From the IMG/VR virus record IMGVR_UViG_3300024262_000013: a stretch of DNA of 64,000 nucleotides; one strand, written 5' to 3'. The notes below the pieces were generated by a model. The model had not been told where the DNA came from. It saw only the letters and a program-made list of their open reading frames with translations, and did no database searches. Below are positions 26,424 to 36,639 of this stretch, one piece after another (the first letter of the stretch is position 1; each line of letters begins with the position of its first letter). The position numbers were made by a program, and so were the translations under genes. The DNA comes from a virus (Duplodnaviria; Caudoviricetes).

Positions 26424-27098
26424 TTAATCTAAAAATTTAATTTCATTCGTATTTGGGTCCCACTCCACAGTTAAGGGTTTATTTTTAAAAATATAATCTT
26501 CACCTAAAACAGATGAGTTAATGTAATGTGTTCCATCTTCAAATTTATATCCGTATCCACTATGAATATGACCAAAGACGTGTATCTTAGGTTTAACGAC
26601 TTCAATTCGTTCAGATAACATCTTACACCCAAGATTATCGTACTGTCCAACTACAGTATCTAAATGACCATGTGGTGGTCCATGAGTTATTAATATGTCT
26701 GTACCTGTAGGTATTTGACTCCACTTTTGTTTTAATTCAACACCATCTTTAGGTAAGTTAAATGCCCAATCATAAAACTCAGGTTGCCAAGGGCTTCCAT
26801 AAATTTTTATACCATCAATTAAAACTTCTTTATCTTGTAGATAAGTAACATCGTATCCGTTTACAATTGTGTTTGATTCCAATGGGTGGTCTTCAAACAT
26901 CTTGTCATGGTTTCCGGCAATAAAGATTTTATGTTTGTAATCTTGAGACTCAAACCAGTCACAGAAATGATTAATCTCCTTTTTATTATGTCCACTATTC
27001 ATTAAATCTCCAGCATGAATTAGTAAATCACCACCTGGTAACTGTGACGTTACCTGATGATGTTTTGTGTGAGTATCAGATATGAATGTTATTTTCAT
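26424..27098 (-). CDS. calcineurin-like metallophosphoesterase
   Basis: ISDTH, HAGD, AGNHD, LITHGPP, HVFGHIH motifs; start MKITF at 27098. Confidence 0.92.
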   Translation of the reverse strand: MKITFISDTHTKHHQVTSQLPGGDLLIHAGDLMNSGHNKKEINHFCDWFESQDYKHKIFIAGNHDKMFEDHPLESNTIVNGYDVTYLQDKEVLIDGIKIYGSPWQPEFYDWAFNLPKDGVELKQKWSQIPTGTDILITHGPPHGHLDTVVGQYDNLGCKMLSERIEVVKPKIHVFGHIHSGYGYKFEDGTHYINSSVLGEDYIFKNKPLTVEWDPNTNEIKFLD

Positions 27099-27134
27099 CT
27101 TATGTTTTCTTTCGGCTAATATAAACATAAAATT

Positions 27135-27713
27135 TTAATCTTTAAACTTTTCTTTTAGTTTTTCTTTATTGACCATGACCCTTAATAATTTAGTGTAATT
27201 TGACGCTTCAGCATATGACTGGTTAAGGTACGAATAATACTCATCTTCTGTATGTATCTTAGATAGATATCTACATTGGTAAAACGCATAATCGTAAACG
27301 GACTCTCTCCAATTTGTATAGTATGCATGACTATGTTGTGTACCCGTGGAGGTATGTATCCTCACCATAGCCTCTTTCATCCCAAAAAGATTATGGTTAT
27401 GTTTAAAAATATTTGAAGTGTAGTTACCACTTTCAAGTTTTGATTGAGCTAAAACTATATGTGGGAATTTAACGTTTAATGATTTTAACATATCTATTAA
27501 CCTATCTTCAGAAAAATTATTTAAAGTGTCATTAATATTAATAACAACTAATTCTAATTCTAAATCGTTTAAATTAGTATTTTCCTTAATTGACGTTGAT
27601 TTTAAAATCGAATACGGAATAACTAATAATATTGATAATAAAACTACCAACACCTTCCAACTTGGTATTTCTTGATAGAGTAAGTCATTTTTTGAATAAT
27701 AAAATAATTTCAT
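27135..27713 (-). CDS. membrane-anchored GH73 glucosaminidase-like muramidase
   Basis: IVLAQSKLESG...NLFGMK...YA motifs with an N-terminal TM. Confidence 0.8.
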   Translation of the reverse strand: MKLFYYSKNDLLYQEIPSWKVLVVLLSILLVIPYSILKSTSIKENTNLNDLELELVVININDTLNNFSEDRLIDMLKSLNVKFPHIVLAQSKLESGNYTSNIFKHNHNLFGMKEAMVRIHTSTGTQHSHAYYTNWRESVYDYAFYQCRYLSKIHTEDEYYSYLNQSYAEASNYTKLLRVMVNKEKLKEKFKD

Positions 27714-27787
27714 AATTTGTGGTTCATAGTTAAAAAATATATCTCACTTATTATAATAAATGAGATGTAAAATAGTTTTTATTGAAC

Positions 27788-28180
27788 TTAAAGTCCCATT
27801 TCTTTTCTAATTTTTGTTGCTGATATGTCTCCAATCTCAGAAGGTGGTATATGTTCGATAATATCATAACCAACACCTCTTCCAAATTCAATTGAACAGA
27901 TATCTGGAATTACTGTTACCACAACTTTACCTGACTCTACTTCAGAAGAGTAGTGTTTCATAATGTTCTCTTTAACTTCTGTTGCGGTGAATGGGTTTTT
28001 CTCGTTAGGTTTACCATCTCTAATACAAATTAAAACATTTTTACCTTTATCCATTGCTTGTTTAAATAATTCTTGATGACCTTTATGTAAAGGTTGCCAT
28101 CGACCTACAAACATCGCATACTGACCATCTCTAGCCGGTATTGATGACTCTACGTGTGATTTACTACTCCAATTACTCAT
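27788..28180 (-). CDS. HxGH nucleotidyltransferase (cytidylyltransferase-like)
   Basis: FVGRWQPLHKGH; ISATKIR. Confidence 0.85.
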   Translation of the reverse strand: MSNWSSKSHVESSIPARDGQYAMFVGRWQPLHKGHQELFKQAMDKGKNVLICIRDGKPNEKNPFTATEVKENIMKHYSSEVESGKVVVTVIPDICSIEFGRGVGYDIIEHIPPSEIGDISATKIRKEMGL

Positions 28181-28189
28181 ATTTTTAAT

Positions 28190-28558
28190 TTAAATATAAT
28201 TAGACCAATCGATACCTTCAAAACCCTCATTTCTATTGAGGTTTATCCCAAAGGCTCTTTGACCTGGTTTATTAGGGTCCATATCGTTAATTAAGATTCT
28301 CGGACCCCTCTCAATTCCTGTAATTAGACGGTCGTATATGATGCCGTTCTCTTGTAATTCTTTAACAGTGTGGTCGTGGAGGTAATCAGGACGAGCGGTA
28401 GTTAAAATTACCATATGACCATCTTTACTCCACGACTCTAACCTTTCTCGTACCTCAGGTAAAACATCTACTGATGAAGTTTCATACGTTTCAAACTTCC
28501 GATACTTGAATATTGTTCCATCGATATCACAAAATATTGTTGATTTCTTATCTACCAT
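28190..28558 (-). CDS. small HAD-family phosphatase
   Basis: FCDIDGT, LTTAR, INDM motifs. Confidence 0.8.
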   Translation of the reverse strand: MVDKKSTIFCDIDGTIFKYRKFETYETSSVDVLPEVRERLESWSKDGHMVILTTARPDYLHDHTVKELQENGIIYDRLITGIERGPRILINDMDPNKPGQRAFGINLNRNEGFEGIDWSNYI

Positions 28559-28989
28559 CCTAATTGTAATATAATTTTTTTAAGGGACTCTTCAGGCGTA
28601 TCAATGGTCGTATCAATATCAATAAAGTTTTCTTTAGGTGCGACATACGCTTCGGATTTAAAATGGTCTCTTTCTCTAGGTTCTGACGTATGAATATAAA
28701 TTTCAATTAAATCCTCCCCTATTAGTTTTTTAAATTCCTCTCTTTGGTCTATATAAGGTGAAACCAAGGAAACTATTACGTTCATTCCTTGGTTGTGTAA
28801 ATAATGTGAAATTTTCTGAGCGGCATCCACATTAGTTACCCTTCCTTTAATCGAATAATCTTTATTAGTAAACAATTCTCTCATCTCATCACCATCAATT
28901 CTATATGCGGTAGGTAGATGTGATTCTTTAAACATATTAGCCAACACGGTCTTACCATGTGACGGCTGTCCTGTAAACCAATAAATCAT
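28552..28989 (-). CDS. cysC: adenylyl-sulfate (APS) kinase
   Basis: IYWFTGQPSHGKT, IDGDEMR, SLVSPY, YVAP motifs. Confidence 0.85.
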   Translation of the reverse strand: MIYWFTGQPSHGKTVLANMFKESHLPTAYRIDGDEMRELFTNKDYSIKGRVTNVDAAQKISHYLHNQGMNVIVSLVSPYIDQREEFKKLIGEDLIEIYIHTSEPRERDHFKSEAYVAPKENFIDIDTTIDTPEESLKKIILQLGW

Positions 28990-29420
28990 TATTCTCCTAT
29001 TTCTACTAATTCAATATTAAAGTTTAACGTCTTACCCGCTAGTGGGTGGTTCATATCTAAGATTAAGTTCTCCTCATCTTCACTAACGATAGTTGCTTGT
29101 ACCGGCATACCCTGAGCGGTCGAACCTTGTACCATTGCGCCAACCTCAACCACAAAGTCATCAGGAAAGTTTTTACGACTAACGGGCATAACCGCATCTT
29201 CACTTCTTTCACCGTAAGCCTTTGATGGTTCTAATACGATATCTTTTATCTGACCAACTGTCATACCCTCCATTGCAGAGTCAAAACCCACAATCATTTG
29301 ACCGGTTCCCACTTCGAAATTAAGTGTCTCACCTCTTTTATGTGAACTATCAAATTCTTCACCGTTATCTAAAGTTCCTGTGTAGTGAACTTTTACCTTG
29401 TTACCTTTTTCTACTTTCAT
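28989..29420 (-). CDS. slyD: FKBP-type peptidyl-prolyl isomerase, SlyD-like
   Basis: KVKVHYTG, GQMIVGFD, AYGE, DMNHPLAGKTLNF; start MKVEK at 29420. Confidence 0.9.
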   Translation of the reverse strand: MKVEKGNKVKVHYTGTLDNGEEFDSSHKRGETLNFEVGTGQMIVGFDSAMEGMTVGQIKDIVLEPSKAYGERSEDAVMPVSRKNFPDDFVVEVGAMVQGSTAQGMPVQATIVSEDEENLILDMNHPLAGKTLNFNIELVEIGE

Positions 29421-29439
29421 TACTGTTGTTTTTATTAAT

Positions 29440-29841
29440 TTATTTAATGTATTTATTTTTAACCCTTTGGGAAATAGGGATAGGTTCCCCTGTCTCATCA
29501 ATCCTTACAAATTTAATTTTAGTTGACAGTATAATCGTTTGATTACCGGAGTAAACACTGTGTGAGCGAGCCTCCATATATAGAGTTACCGATGTGGTTC
29601 CAATACTTTCTACTTCACCGTACATTTTAATTAGTTGACCTTCTTTAGCGGGTTTTTTAAATAAACACTCATCTATTTTAACGGTTACCATTCTTGGTGT
29701 GTCGGCTACCTGCATTGCGAATCCCGCAGCACTTGCGTCTAACCATGAGAGTAGTTTACCACCGAATAGGTTTCCGTGAAAACCTAAATCTGATTTTTTT
29801 ATTGGGTGAGTGTTTAGTAACTCCATTGGATTTGTACTCAT
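29440..29841 (-). CDS. acyl-CoA thioesterase (hotdog fold)
   Basis: DLGFHGNLFGGKLLSWLD, MVTV, GTTS, FVRID. Confidence 0.9.
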   Translation of the reverse strand: MSTNPMELLNTHPIKKSDLGFHGNLFGGKLLSWLDASAAGFAMQVADTPRMVTVKIDECLFKKPAKEGQLIKMYGEVESIGTTSVTLYMEARSHSVYSGNQTIILSTKIKFVRIDETGEPIPISQRVKNKYIK

Positions 29842-29844
29842 ATT

Positions 29845-30438
29845 TTAATTCGACATTATAAAGTGTCCCCAATCTATACCAGAAACATCACTATTAGGAA
29901 AGTAAAACATAATTTCCTTATTGTCAAATTTTATAGTTTTTTTAAATCCTGACGGCACTGTTGCTCCACCGTTAACAATCACTAAATCACCCTCAAAATA
30001 CACTGTAACTTCCACCACTACACTATCAAATATTTTTGATAGACCTACTTCAAATCGCTCTAACTCTTTCCATGGTCCTCTATTAAGTCCTTCATGTTGT
30101 AGCACACAATTTAAATAGGTAAATGTTTTTTTAAGTGTTTCTTTATCACAATTAAATGCGGATGCGGGGGCTAAATGACCTTTATCCCATACATTATCTG
30201 TGTAGTCATCATTATTTGAGGTTTTAATATTTTTGACAATACGAAAATCTAACCCACTTCTAGATGTTTTACCTAATGGACATAATACTTCATATCTTAA
30301 CCATAAAGGTTGTTCTAATTTTTCAGAATAAACCACATCAAATAAATCGGTACGAATAGTGTCATTAGCGATGTCACTATTTTGACCATACGTAGATAAA
30401 GATATTATGGTTAGGAGTATATTAAGAAATATTTTCAT
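29845..30438 (-). CDS. secreted DNA/RNA non-specific endonuclease (NucA family)
   Basis: Signal peptide ending YGQ; WDKGHLAP, LNRGPWKELE, VPSGFKK. Confidence 0.88.
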   Translation of the reverse strand: MKIFLNILLTIISLSTYGQNSDIANDTIRTDLFDVVYSEKLEQPLWLRYEVLCPLGKTSRSGLDFRIVKNIKTSNNDDYTDNVWDKGHLAPASAFNCDKETLKKTFTYLNCVLQHEGLNRGPWKELERFEVGLSKIFDSVVVEVTVYFEGDLVIVNGGATVPSGFKKTIKFDNKEIMFYFPNSDVSGIDWGHFIMSN

Positions 30439-30445
30439 ATATAAG

Positions 30446-30889
30446 TTATCTTTTAATGTTGTAGAGTTGACTAAACAATTCTTTAGTTTCATCTAAAACC
30501 GATTCTTTAGTCCATCTATATTTATTATCTCCACTGTGTGAGGTGTCAAACCCAATCCAGTGACCTTCAGGCCACTCATCACCGTTAGGTATGACTTCTG
30601 AAAACGTTAACCCACCATGTACTCTGACATCAATATCATCATATCCCTTACCATAGTGTTTATGTGAGGGTATAATCTTAACGTACCCATTACCCCATCC
30701 ATTATCCATCACGTTTGTATGATAACTTTTATTCATATTATTTTTTTTAATCATAATAGGTGGGTCGATACCTGAAATATTATATGCTTCCAATACCTCA
30801 TTTACATTCATGTTTAGGTAGAGAACATCCTTTAAAGCTTCATCGCCAATTTCCTTAAGTCTTTGAGTAAAAAAAAATATATTGTTCAT
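30446..30889 (-). CDS. hypothetical phage protein with VHGGLTF motif
   Basis: GWGNGYV...VHGGLTFS...WIGFDTSH; start moved below TATATTTG at about 30920. Confidence 0.7.
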   Translation of the reverse strand: MNNIFFFTQRLKEIGDEALKDVLYLNMNVNEVLEAYNISGIDPPIMIKKNNMNKSYHTNVMDNGWGNGYVKIIPSHKHYGKGYDDIDVRVHGGLTFSEVIPNGDEWPEGHWIGFDTSHSGDNKYRWTKESVLDETKELFSQLYNIKR

Positions 30890-30927
30890 AGTTATACTTA
30901 TTAATAATAGATTAACAATACAAATAT

Positions 30928-31779
30928 ATGGAAAAAATTGAAATAAAACAACAATATTTAGAGGGAGATGAGTATTATACTGACAAAACAGATAAAAAAA
31001 CAATAGTTTTACACCATACGGCAGGAAGCCATAGACCAGATTGGGTTATAAGTTCATGGGATAGAGATAGAACAAAGGGAGGTAGACCTTTAAGGGTTGC
31101 CACTCAATTCGTTATAGGTGGAAAATCAACAAGAGATGGTAGTACCGATTGGGATGGTAAAATAGTCCAATGTTTACCAACTGAAATGTGGGCTCACCAT
31201 TTAGGTACTAAAAATTCAAATAATGTTGAACTTAATAAACAGTCAATAGGTATTGAAATTTGTAATTATGGTCCATTAGTTAAATCGATTAAAGGTGAAT
31301 TTTTTACTTACGTTAACAGTAAGGTACCAAAAGAGGACGTTATTGATTTAGGGAAAAATTGGAGAGGTTATAGATACTACCAAAAATATACGAAATCTCA
31401 AATTGAGTCTGTTAATTTTTTAATTAATAAATATAGTTTGGAATATGGTATTGATGTGTGTAAGGGTATGGTGGAGTTATTTGATACTAAACAATCTTTA
31501 GATGAGGTACCAACATTAGAACTTCAAAAATTCTTAAATGGTAAAGGTTATTTAGGGTTAAATGGTAAACCATTAACTGAGGACGGAATTAATGGTGGTA
31601 ATACTAAATACTCCCTAAGGAATTATAACGATAGTAAAAGAGGTGATTGGGGAGCCTTTGAATATAATAAATTAGCTAACCATGGGGGTGAAGGTATATG
31701 GTCACACACTAATTATCGTAAGGATAAGTTTGATGTTTATCCTTATCCACCTCTAATTGAGATGTTGAAGAGTCTTTAG
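30928..31779 (+). CDS. N-acetylmuramoyl-L-alanine amidase (Amidase_2), probable endolysin
   Basis: IVLHHTAG, WAHHLG, SIGIEIC, WSH...KFD; PG-binding-like insert LQKFLN...DGING. Confidence 0.88.
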   Translation: MEKIEIKQQYLEGDEYYTDKTDKKTIVLHHTAGSHRPDWVISSWDRDRTKGGRPLRVATQFVIGGKSTRDGSTDWDGKIVQCLPTEMWAHHLGTKNSNNVELNKQSIGIEICNYGPLVKSIKGEFFTYVNSKVPKEDVIDLGKNWRGYRYYQKYTKSQIESVNFLINKYSLEYGIDVCKGMVELFDTKQSLDEVPTLELQKFLNGKGYLGLNGKPLTEDGINGGNTKYSLRNYNDSKRGDWGAFEYNKLANHGGEGIWSHTNYRKDKFDVYPYPPLIEMLKSL

Positions 31780-31927
31780 GTAGATACTCCTCCGTTTCAG
31801 AAAAAAACTCATATAAAGAATTAATTTCATCATCTGTTAAGTTATTGAGATAGTATTCTTTTAATTTACCCATTTGGTTATTTGTAATATTAGTGTTATG
31901 TTTGTATTAATAATATAATTAACATTT

Positions 31928-32410
31928 ATGAAACAGTCAATATTTTTAATCACATTACTATTAATGGTTACCAAGGGGTACTCTCAATCGTCAACGGTAG
32001 GGGTTTTATTTGGAAGTGGGGATTTGTTTTTATCTACAGATAATATCAATACCTCAGTAATTAATAGTCGTAACCCATATGCTCCATGGGGGATATATAC
32101 CACAGGTCAATTAAATATAATCAATACTGGGGGTGTCCCAATTATGAATCAAACGGGGACCTACCCTAATAGGTTAGGTATTAATTATGGTTTTTTAAGA
32201 AACGGGATTAATGTAGGTGTTGGAGGTAAAATGGTTTTATACACAAGCGAACCCGCAGATTTTTATCCTGATGTGATGATTAGGTTAAACCCTATTAAAC
32301 TTATCACTCAAAATTCACGTTCAATAGATATCTCATTAATTTTAAATATATCAAATACTGTAGAATTTGGTGCTGGATTATCAATTCCATTCCTACTTAA
32401 CCGATACTGA
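31928..32410 (+). CDS. secreted/outer-membrane beta-strand-rich protein
   Basis: Signal peptide ending YSQ; alternating strands such as RLGINYGF, INVGVGG, VEFGAGLSI. Confidence 0.55.
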   Translation: MKQSIFLITLLLMVTKGYSQSSTVGVLFGSGDLFLSTDNINTSVINSRNPYAPWGIYTTGQLNIINTGGVPIMNQTGTYPNRLGINYGFLRNGINVGVGGKMVLYTSEPADFYPDVMIRLNPIKLITQNSRSIDISLILNISNTVEFGAGLSIPFLLNRY

Positions 32411-32434
32411 TATATTTATAATAAAAGTAAATGT

Positions 32435-32875
32435 ATGGGGTTTGAAGAAGATTTAGAAGATTTAAAACGAATAGCTGACAATGTACCCACTAAAAATAGA
32501 GAACAACTTAATTTTTTAAAGTCACAAAAAAAAGACTTTAAGGGGGTATATCGAGTTTTAGGGTTTAATGAAGGTAATGGTGTTGGTATGACAGGTAAGG
32601 TTAGTTTTGTACCGGTAAAGGTAAGAGTTATGCTTAGTGTTGGTGAACCTAGTTTATATATTAGTTGTAACGTTATCTTTGAGGATTTTAAAGTGAACAA
32701 TAACTCTGCTCAGTCATTATTTGATATGTTAAAAATAGACGTAAAACATAAAAAATCATTAGACGATTTCAGTAACGTATTTCACAATGTCGCAAAAGAA
32801 GAGTTTAATAAATTGATGAGATTAATTGGTATGGGTAATTTTATGTTAGATATAAACAATATAGAGATTAAGTAA
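32435..32875 (+). CDS. hypothetical protein (146 aa)
   Basis: ORF track; TATTTATA at 32413-32420. Confidence 0.7.
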   Translation: MGFEEDLEDLKRIADNVPTKNREQLNFLKSQKKDFKGVYRVLGFNEGNGVGMTGKVSFVPVKVRVMLSVGEPSLYISCNVIFEDFKVNNNSAQSLFDMLKIDVKHKKSLDDFSNVFHNVAKEEFNKLMRLIGMGNFMLDINNIEIK

Positions 32876-32886
32876 TATTTAATAAT

Positions 32887-33741
32887 ATGATTAGTAGTGA
32901 ATTTGAAGATTATTATAATGGGATAATACGGACTATAAGTGATAGTACTGGTTCTAATTCATATGCTCGTAATTTAGGTAAAAAAAATTACTTTAGAATT
33001 AAGACCGGATTTTATGAAGACGAAAGCCCCAAAACCGTATCAAATGAACTGTTAATGACTATTAAAGAGAACCTCAAAGAATCTAAATCCATAAATGAAT
33101 CTAAAGGTATTGATGGACCTATTAGACGTATTGTTAGAGATATTACAAATATTGTAAAATCACAAGAATATGGTGAACATAACTTACCTGAGGATATTAC
33201 TGACACAAATGATTTAGAGTATGACTTCGATTTAGACTTTAAGAAATTAAATGTTAGTAAGTCATATAATATTCCTTCATTTTCAGTTGAGTTATCATAC
33301 GACGCTAATGTTACTATGGATGAACCATATATGATTAACGGGGCATTGATGTCTGATGGGGATACTATCTCGGTAGTTATCATTATAAACCCAAAAAAAT
33401 ACCCTTCATTTATGTATGATTTAATTGCCGACATAAATGATATAGTCGCTCATGAAATAGAACACGTATTCCAAGAAAACTTTATGAGACCTGAGGAGGA
33501 AATACATCAAGAAGACGGTAAAGAACAACCTGACGGTAAAGATTACTATAAACAGAGCCATGAGATACCCGCAGAACTTAAAGGTATTATAAGGGTAGCT
33601 AAACTTCGTAGACAACCAATTAAACAAGTTATTGGTGATTGGTTTAAGAGAAGTCAATATGCTCACCAATTAAACGATAAGGATTCGTTAGAGTTAATTT
33701 CTTTCTTATCCGATGAATACGAAAAAAGATATGGAGTTTAA
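32887..33741 (+). CDS. HExxH metallopeptidase-like protein
   Basis: VAHEIEHVFQ...YYKQSHEIPA. Confidence 0.6.
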   Translation: MISSEFEDYYNGIIRTISDSTGSNSYARNLGKKNYFRIKTGFYEDESPKTVSNELLMTIKENLKESKSINESKGIDGPIRRIVRDITNIVKSQEYGEHNLPEDITDTNDLEYDFDLDFKKLNVSKSYNIPSFSVELSYDANVTMDEPYMINGALMSDGDTISVVIIINPKKYPSFMYDLIADINDIVAHEIEHVFQENFMRPEEEIHQEDGKEQPDGKDYYKQSHEIPAELKGIIRVAKLRRQPIKQVIGDWFKRSQYAHQLNDKDSLELISFLSDEYEKRYGV

Positions 33742-34153
33742 AAGTGAAGAAGAATTTAATAGGGTAGCTAAAAAGGCGGTACAAATACTATTGTACGTAG
33801 TTGAAAGTAAATCTCCGATACTTAGAAAATTAAGGGCGACAAATTTCATATCTAAAATATATGGAGCAAATCAAAATGGTGTAGTTTATTTTGAAATTGA
33901 AGTTCCTTTCACAGTAGATGACCCAGACCATGGACCATTCTGTAACGAGTTAGATAAAATTTTAAGCGGGATACAGAACACATTTGGTAATTACCATTTA
34001 AATAGTAATGTAGAATTTATACTTAAAACAGAAGAAGGTGATGACATGATTGGTTTTTTAAATTCATGTAGTTTTGATTGGACTGACCATGAAGATGAAT
34101 ATAATGGAAAGGCTAATTATGGGTTTGAGTATAATTGGAGCTCTATTGATTAA
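33731..34153 (+). CDS. hypothetical protein
   Basis: Start moved to MEFKSEE. Confidence 0.7.
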   Translation: MEFKSEEEFNRVAKKAVQILLYVVESKSPILRKLRATNFISKIYGANQNGVVYFEIEVPFTVDDPDHGPFCNELDKILSGIQNTFGNYHLNSNVEFILKTEEGDDMIGFLNSCSFDWTDHEDEYNGKANYGFEYNWSSID

Positions 34154-34195
34154 ATTATATTTTTTTTATTGAAATAAAATCCGTATCTTTGTTAG

Positions 34196-34519
34196 ATGGA
34201 ACACACAAGAGAAAATTTAAAGAAATTATCCTTAGTTGAGATTAAACTCATCTGTAAAGAATATAGTTTACCTAGGACAGGTACTAAAACGGCCCTGATT
34301 AATAGTATAGTCGATTTTAACAAACCTATACCCGTCACTATTAATCTCCCTACGGAATATAAATCACCAAAAGGTCAAAAAGTTATTGGTCTTATGATGG
34401 GAGATAACGAAAAGAGAGTACAGCTCGGTAAGTTTAGAGAAAAGAATAATGTGAGAGAACTATATTATTCAATGGGTGTTCACTATTATGAAGTCGATAA
34501 AGATTTTAATTTTATTTAA
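34196..34519 (+). CDS. SAP-like DNA-binding domain protein
   Basis: LKKLSLVEIKLICKEYSLPRTGTKTALINSI; TATCTTTG upstream. Confidence 0.6.
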   Translation: MEHTRENLKKLSLVEIKLICKEYSLPRTGTKTALINSIVDFNKPIPVTINLPTEYKSPKGQKVIGLMMGDNEKRVQLGKFREKNNVRELYYSMGVHYYEVDKDFNFI

Positions 34520-34525
34520 ATAAAA

Positions 34526-35155
34526 TTAAGACTTTTTATTAGAAATTAATTTAGCTATTTTTTGTACAACATCTTTAAGTACTACGCTTGATACAGTAAT
34601 AAGTCCGGAGGTCAATATTGATTCGGTAAATTTCGAGAATTCGATAGAATCAACACCAAATGTGTTAACTACATTAATTAACATACCTAATATTGGAAGT
34701 AAGAAAGTATAAGCTAAGATGTCACCTGCTTTATATATGGTTACACCTAATACCTCTAACATATTAGAAAACTTATCCCTAAGTTGTTCAGTTCTTGAAA
34801 CCGCAACTTTTAGCTCATCTTCTAATCCTTGTTCATATAGTTCCTTTTTTAATTTACGATAATCGTTTCCTTCAAAAAATACTATGGAGATTGCGGCGAT
34901 AACTAAAGAAGAAATCTGCCAAGACTCCAATCCCACAAACTCACCATTTAAATACTTATTAACTGGTTCCATAAGAGCACCAATACCTGCGCCGTAAGTA
35001 AGTGCAAATCTAGCACTTATACCATATTGTTTTTTTACGTCTAATATAATTTTTTTGACTAATGCGTCTAGGTGTTTAAATATTGAAGTAACTTTTTCCC
35101 CGATTCTTTCATTTAAAACCATTCGATACTGCTCTTCTGTTATAACTACTTTCAC
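34526..35155 (-). CDS. multi-TM protein with VVITEEQY...LNE leader
   Basis: ORF track; TATTTATA on minus at 35177-35170. Confidence 0.7.
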   Translation of the reverse strand: MKVVITEEQYRMVLNERIGEKVTSIFKHLDALVKKIILDVKKQYGISARFALTYGAGIGALMEPVNKYLNGEFVGLESWQISSLVIAAISIVFFEGNDYRKLKKELYEQGLEDELKVAVSRTEQLRDKFSNMLEVLGVTIYKAGDILAYTFLLPILGMLINVVNTFGVDSIEFSKFTESILTSGLITVSSVVLKDVVQKIAKLISNKKS

Positions 35156-35228
35156 TTTAAATGTTTTATTATAAATATGGCACTAATACTAAACTGTTAT
35201 TCGATATATTTATTTTAAAAGAGTTTAA

Positions 35229-35861
35229 ATGTCTAAAGATGTAAATCCAAGTTTAAAAGAAGGTGACAATATAATTTTAATTTATATGAAAGACCCATAC
35301 TCACCAGTTCCTGGAGGCACTAAAGGTGTAGTAAATCACGTCAGTAAAGACCCATATGATGAGGGTGAGGACATTATTTCGGTTGAGTGGGAAAATGGTT
35401 CACAATTATCTTTAGTGTCTTCAGAAGACATATGGATGATGGAGAGTGATTTAAAGACAAATATCAAAGAAGGAAATAACCCTAATTTAGACGGTCTTAT
35501 TGTACTTAAAGACATTTTTAAATATTCTAATGAAAAAATATTCTTTGACTTTTTAAGTAAGATTAGGGAGTCAGGTTTAGTTAATATGCTCGAATCAGGT
35601 CAATTTTTATTTTCAGGTCCAAGATATCTTCAGAAGTTTATTGAGTTTGAAGAAATGAAATCAGGTAGAGAATATGATGAAGATATGGTTGAGGAGTTAA
35701 TGGATATGTCTCAAAAAACGAGAGACGAGTTTATTAGAATGGCTATGAAAATGGTTGAAGATGAAGGGACCGAAGACTACTCGAATAGAAATTTAGAGAA
35801 AAAAATAAGAGTCCTCACGAGTAAGGCTCTTCAATACTATGTAATGATGTTCGGTAGATAA
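35229..35861 (+). CDS. DUF4314-like domain protein
   Basis: GDNIILIYMKDPYSPVPGGTKGVV...VEWENGSQLSL. Confidence 0.6.
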   Translation: MSKDVNPSLKEGDNIILIYMKDPYSPVPGGTKGVVNHVSKDPYDEGEDIISVEWENGSQLSLVSSEDIWMMESDLKTNIKEGNNPNLDGLIVLKDIFKYSNEKIFFDFLSKIRESGLVNMLESGQFLFSGPRYLQKFIEFEEMKSGREYDEDMVEELMDMSQKTRDEFIRMAMKMVEDEGTEDYSNRNLEKKIRVLTSKALQYYVMMFGR

Positions 35862-36254
35862 TTAAATAGATTCTTTAATATTAAGTTTACCAACAGTTAA
35901 CCTCCAAGATTGTATACCAAATAATAACATTTCCCTTTCAATTTTTTTTGCAATAAATCTTCTAATATCTCTATTCCTTTGAATAGTACTACGGAAATTA
36001 CGGGGTCTACTTATATTTGATAGTCCATCCCCATCCGCGTAGTAACTCCATCCTTTAATCGCACCTGATACGTTTACGTTTACGATTAAACAAGTACTGT
36101 ATTTGCACTCTTGTTTAATGTGAGTTATTTTAAAAGTTAAGTCATGGTTATCGTAACACCAAGATTCAGTTATGCATTTAGATTTTAAAACTCTGTGTTT
36201 AACTAAGTCCCTAACTTTTTTATCTTCTTGATATAGTGTGATGAAGTCTGACAT
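35862..36254 (-). CDS. hypothetical early protein (130 aa)
   Basis: ORF track; TATATTTG at about 36276-36283. Confidence 0.7.
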   Translation of the reverse strand: MSDFITLYQEDKKVRDLVKHRVLKSKCITESWCYDNHDLTFKITHIKQECKYSTCLIVNVNVSGAIKGWSYYADGDGLSNISRPRNFRSTIQRNRDIRRFIAKKIEREMLLFGIQSWRLTVGKLNIKESI

Positions 36255-36294
36255 ATTTATCTTTGTTTATTAAGACAAATATACGGAATTATTT

Positions 36295-36552
36295 TTAAAC
36301 GGCCATAGAAGTAATTAAGAAAATTGGGTTTCTTTCACCGAAATGACCACCCTTCATATTAAAATAAAAGTACTCATCGGCTTCCTCTTCGTCCATATGA
36401 CCAGTTTTAACTAATTTTTGAATTATTCGTTGTTTAGAGTAAACAATACGGGTTTCCATACCGAACTCCTCACTAACACCAACGATACAATCGTCAAATC
36501 CGTCCATAACAATTGCTCCTTCAGCAATTTCGTCTATTTCTTCTCTTTCCAT
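36295..36552 (-). CDS. hypothetical phage protein (85 aa)
   Basis: MDGFDDCIVG...EADEYFYFN motif. Confidence 0.75.
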   Translation of the reverse strand: MEREEIDEIAEGAIVMDGFDDCIVGVSEEFGMETRIVYSKQRIIQKLVKTGHMDEEEADEYFYFNMKGGHFGERNPIFLITSMAV

Positions 36553-36639
36553 AGTTTTTATTTAAAATATAAACCATTATGGTTATAATGTCAAACAACA
36601 AATGAGTATTACTGTATATTTATTATAAAAACCAATATT

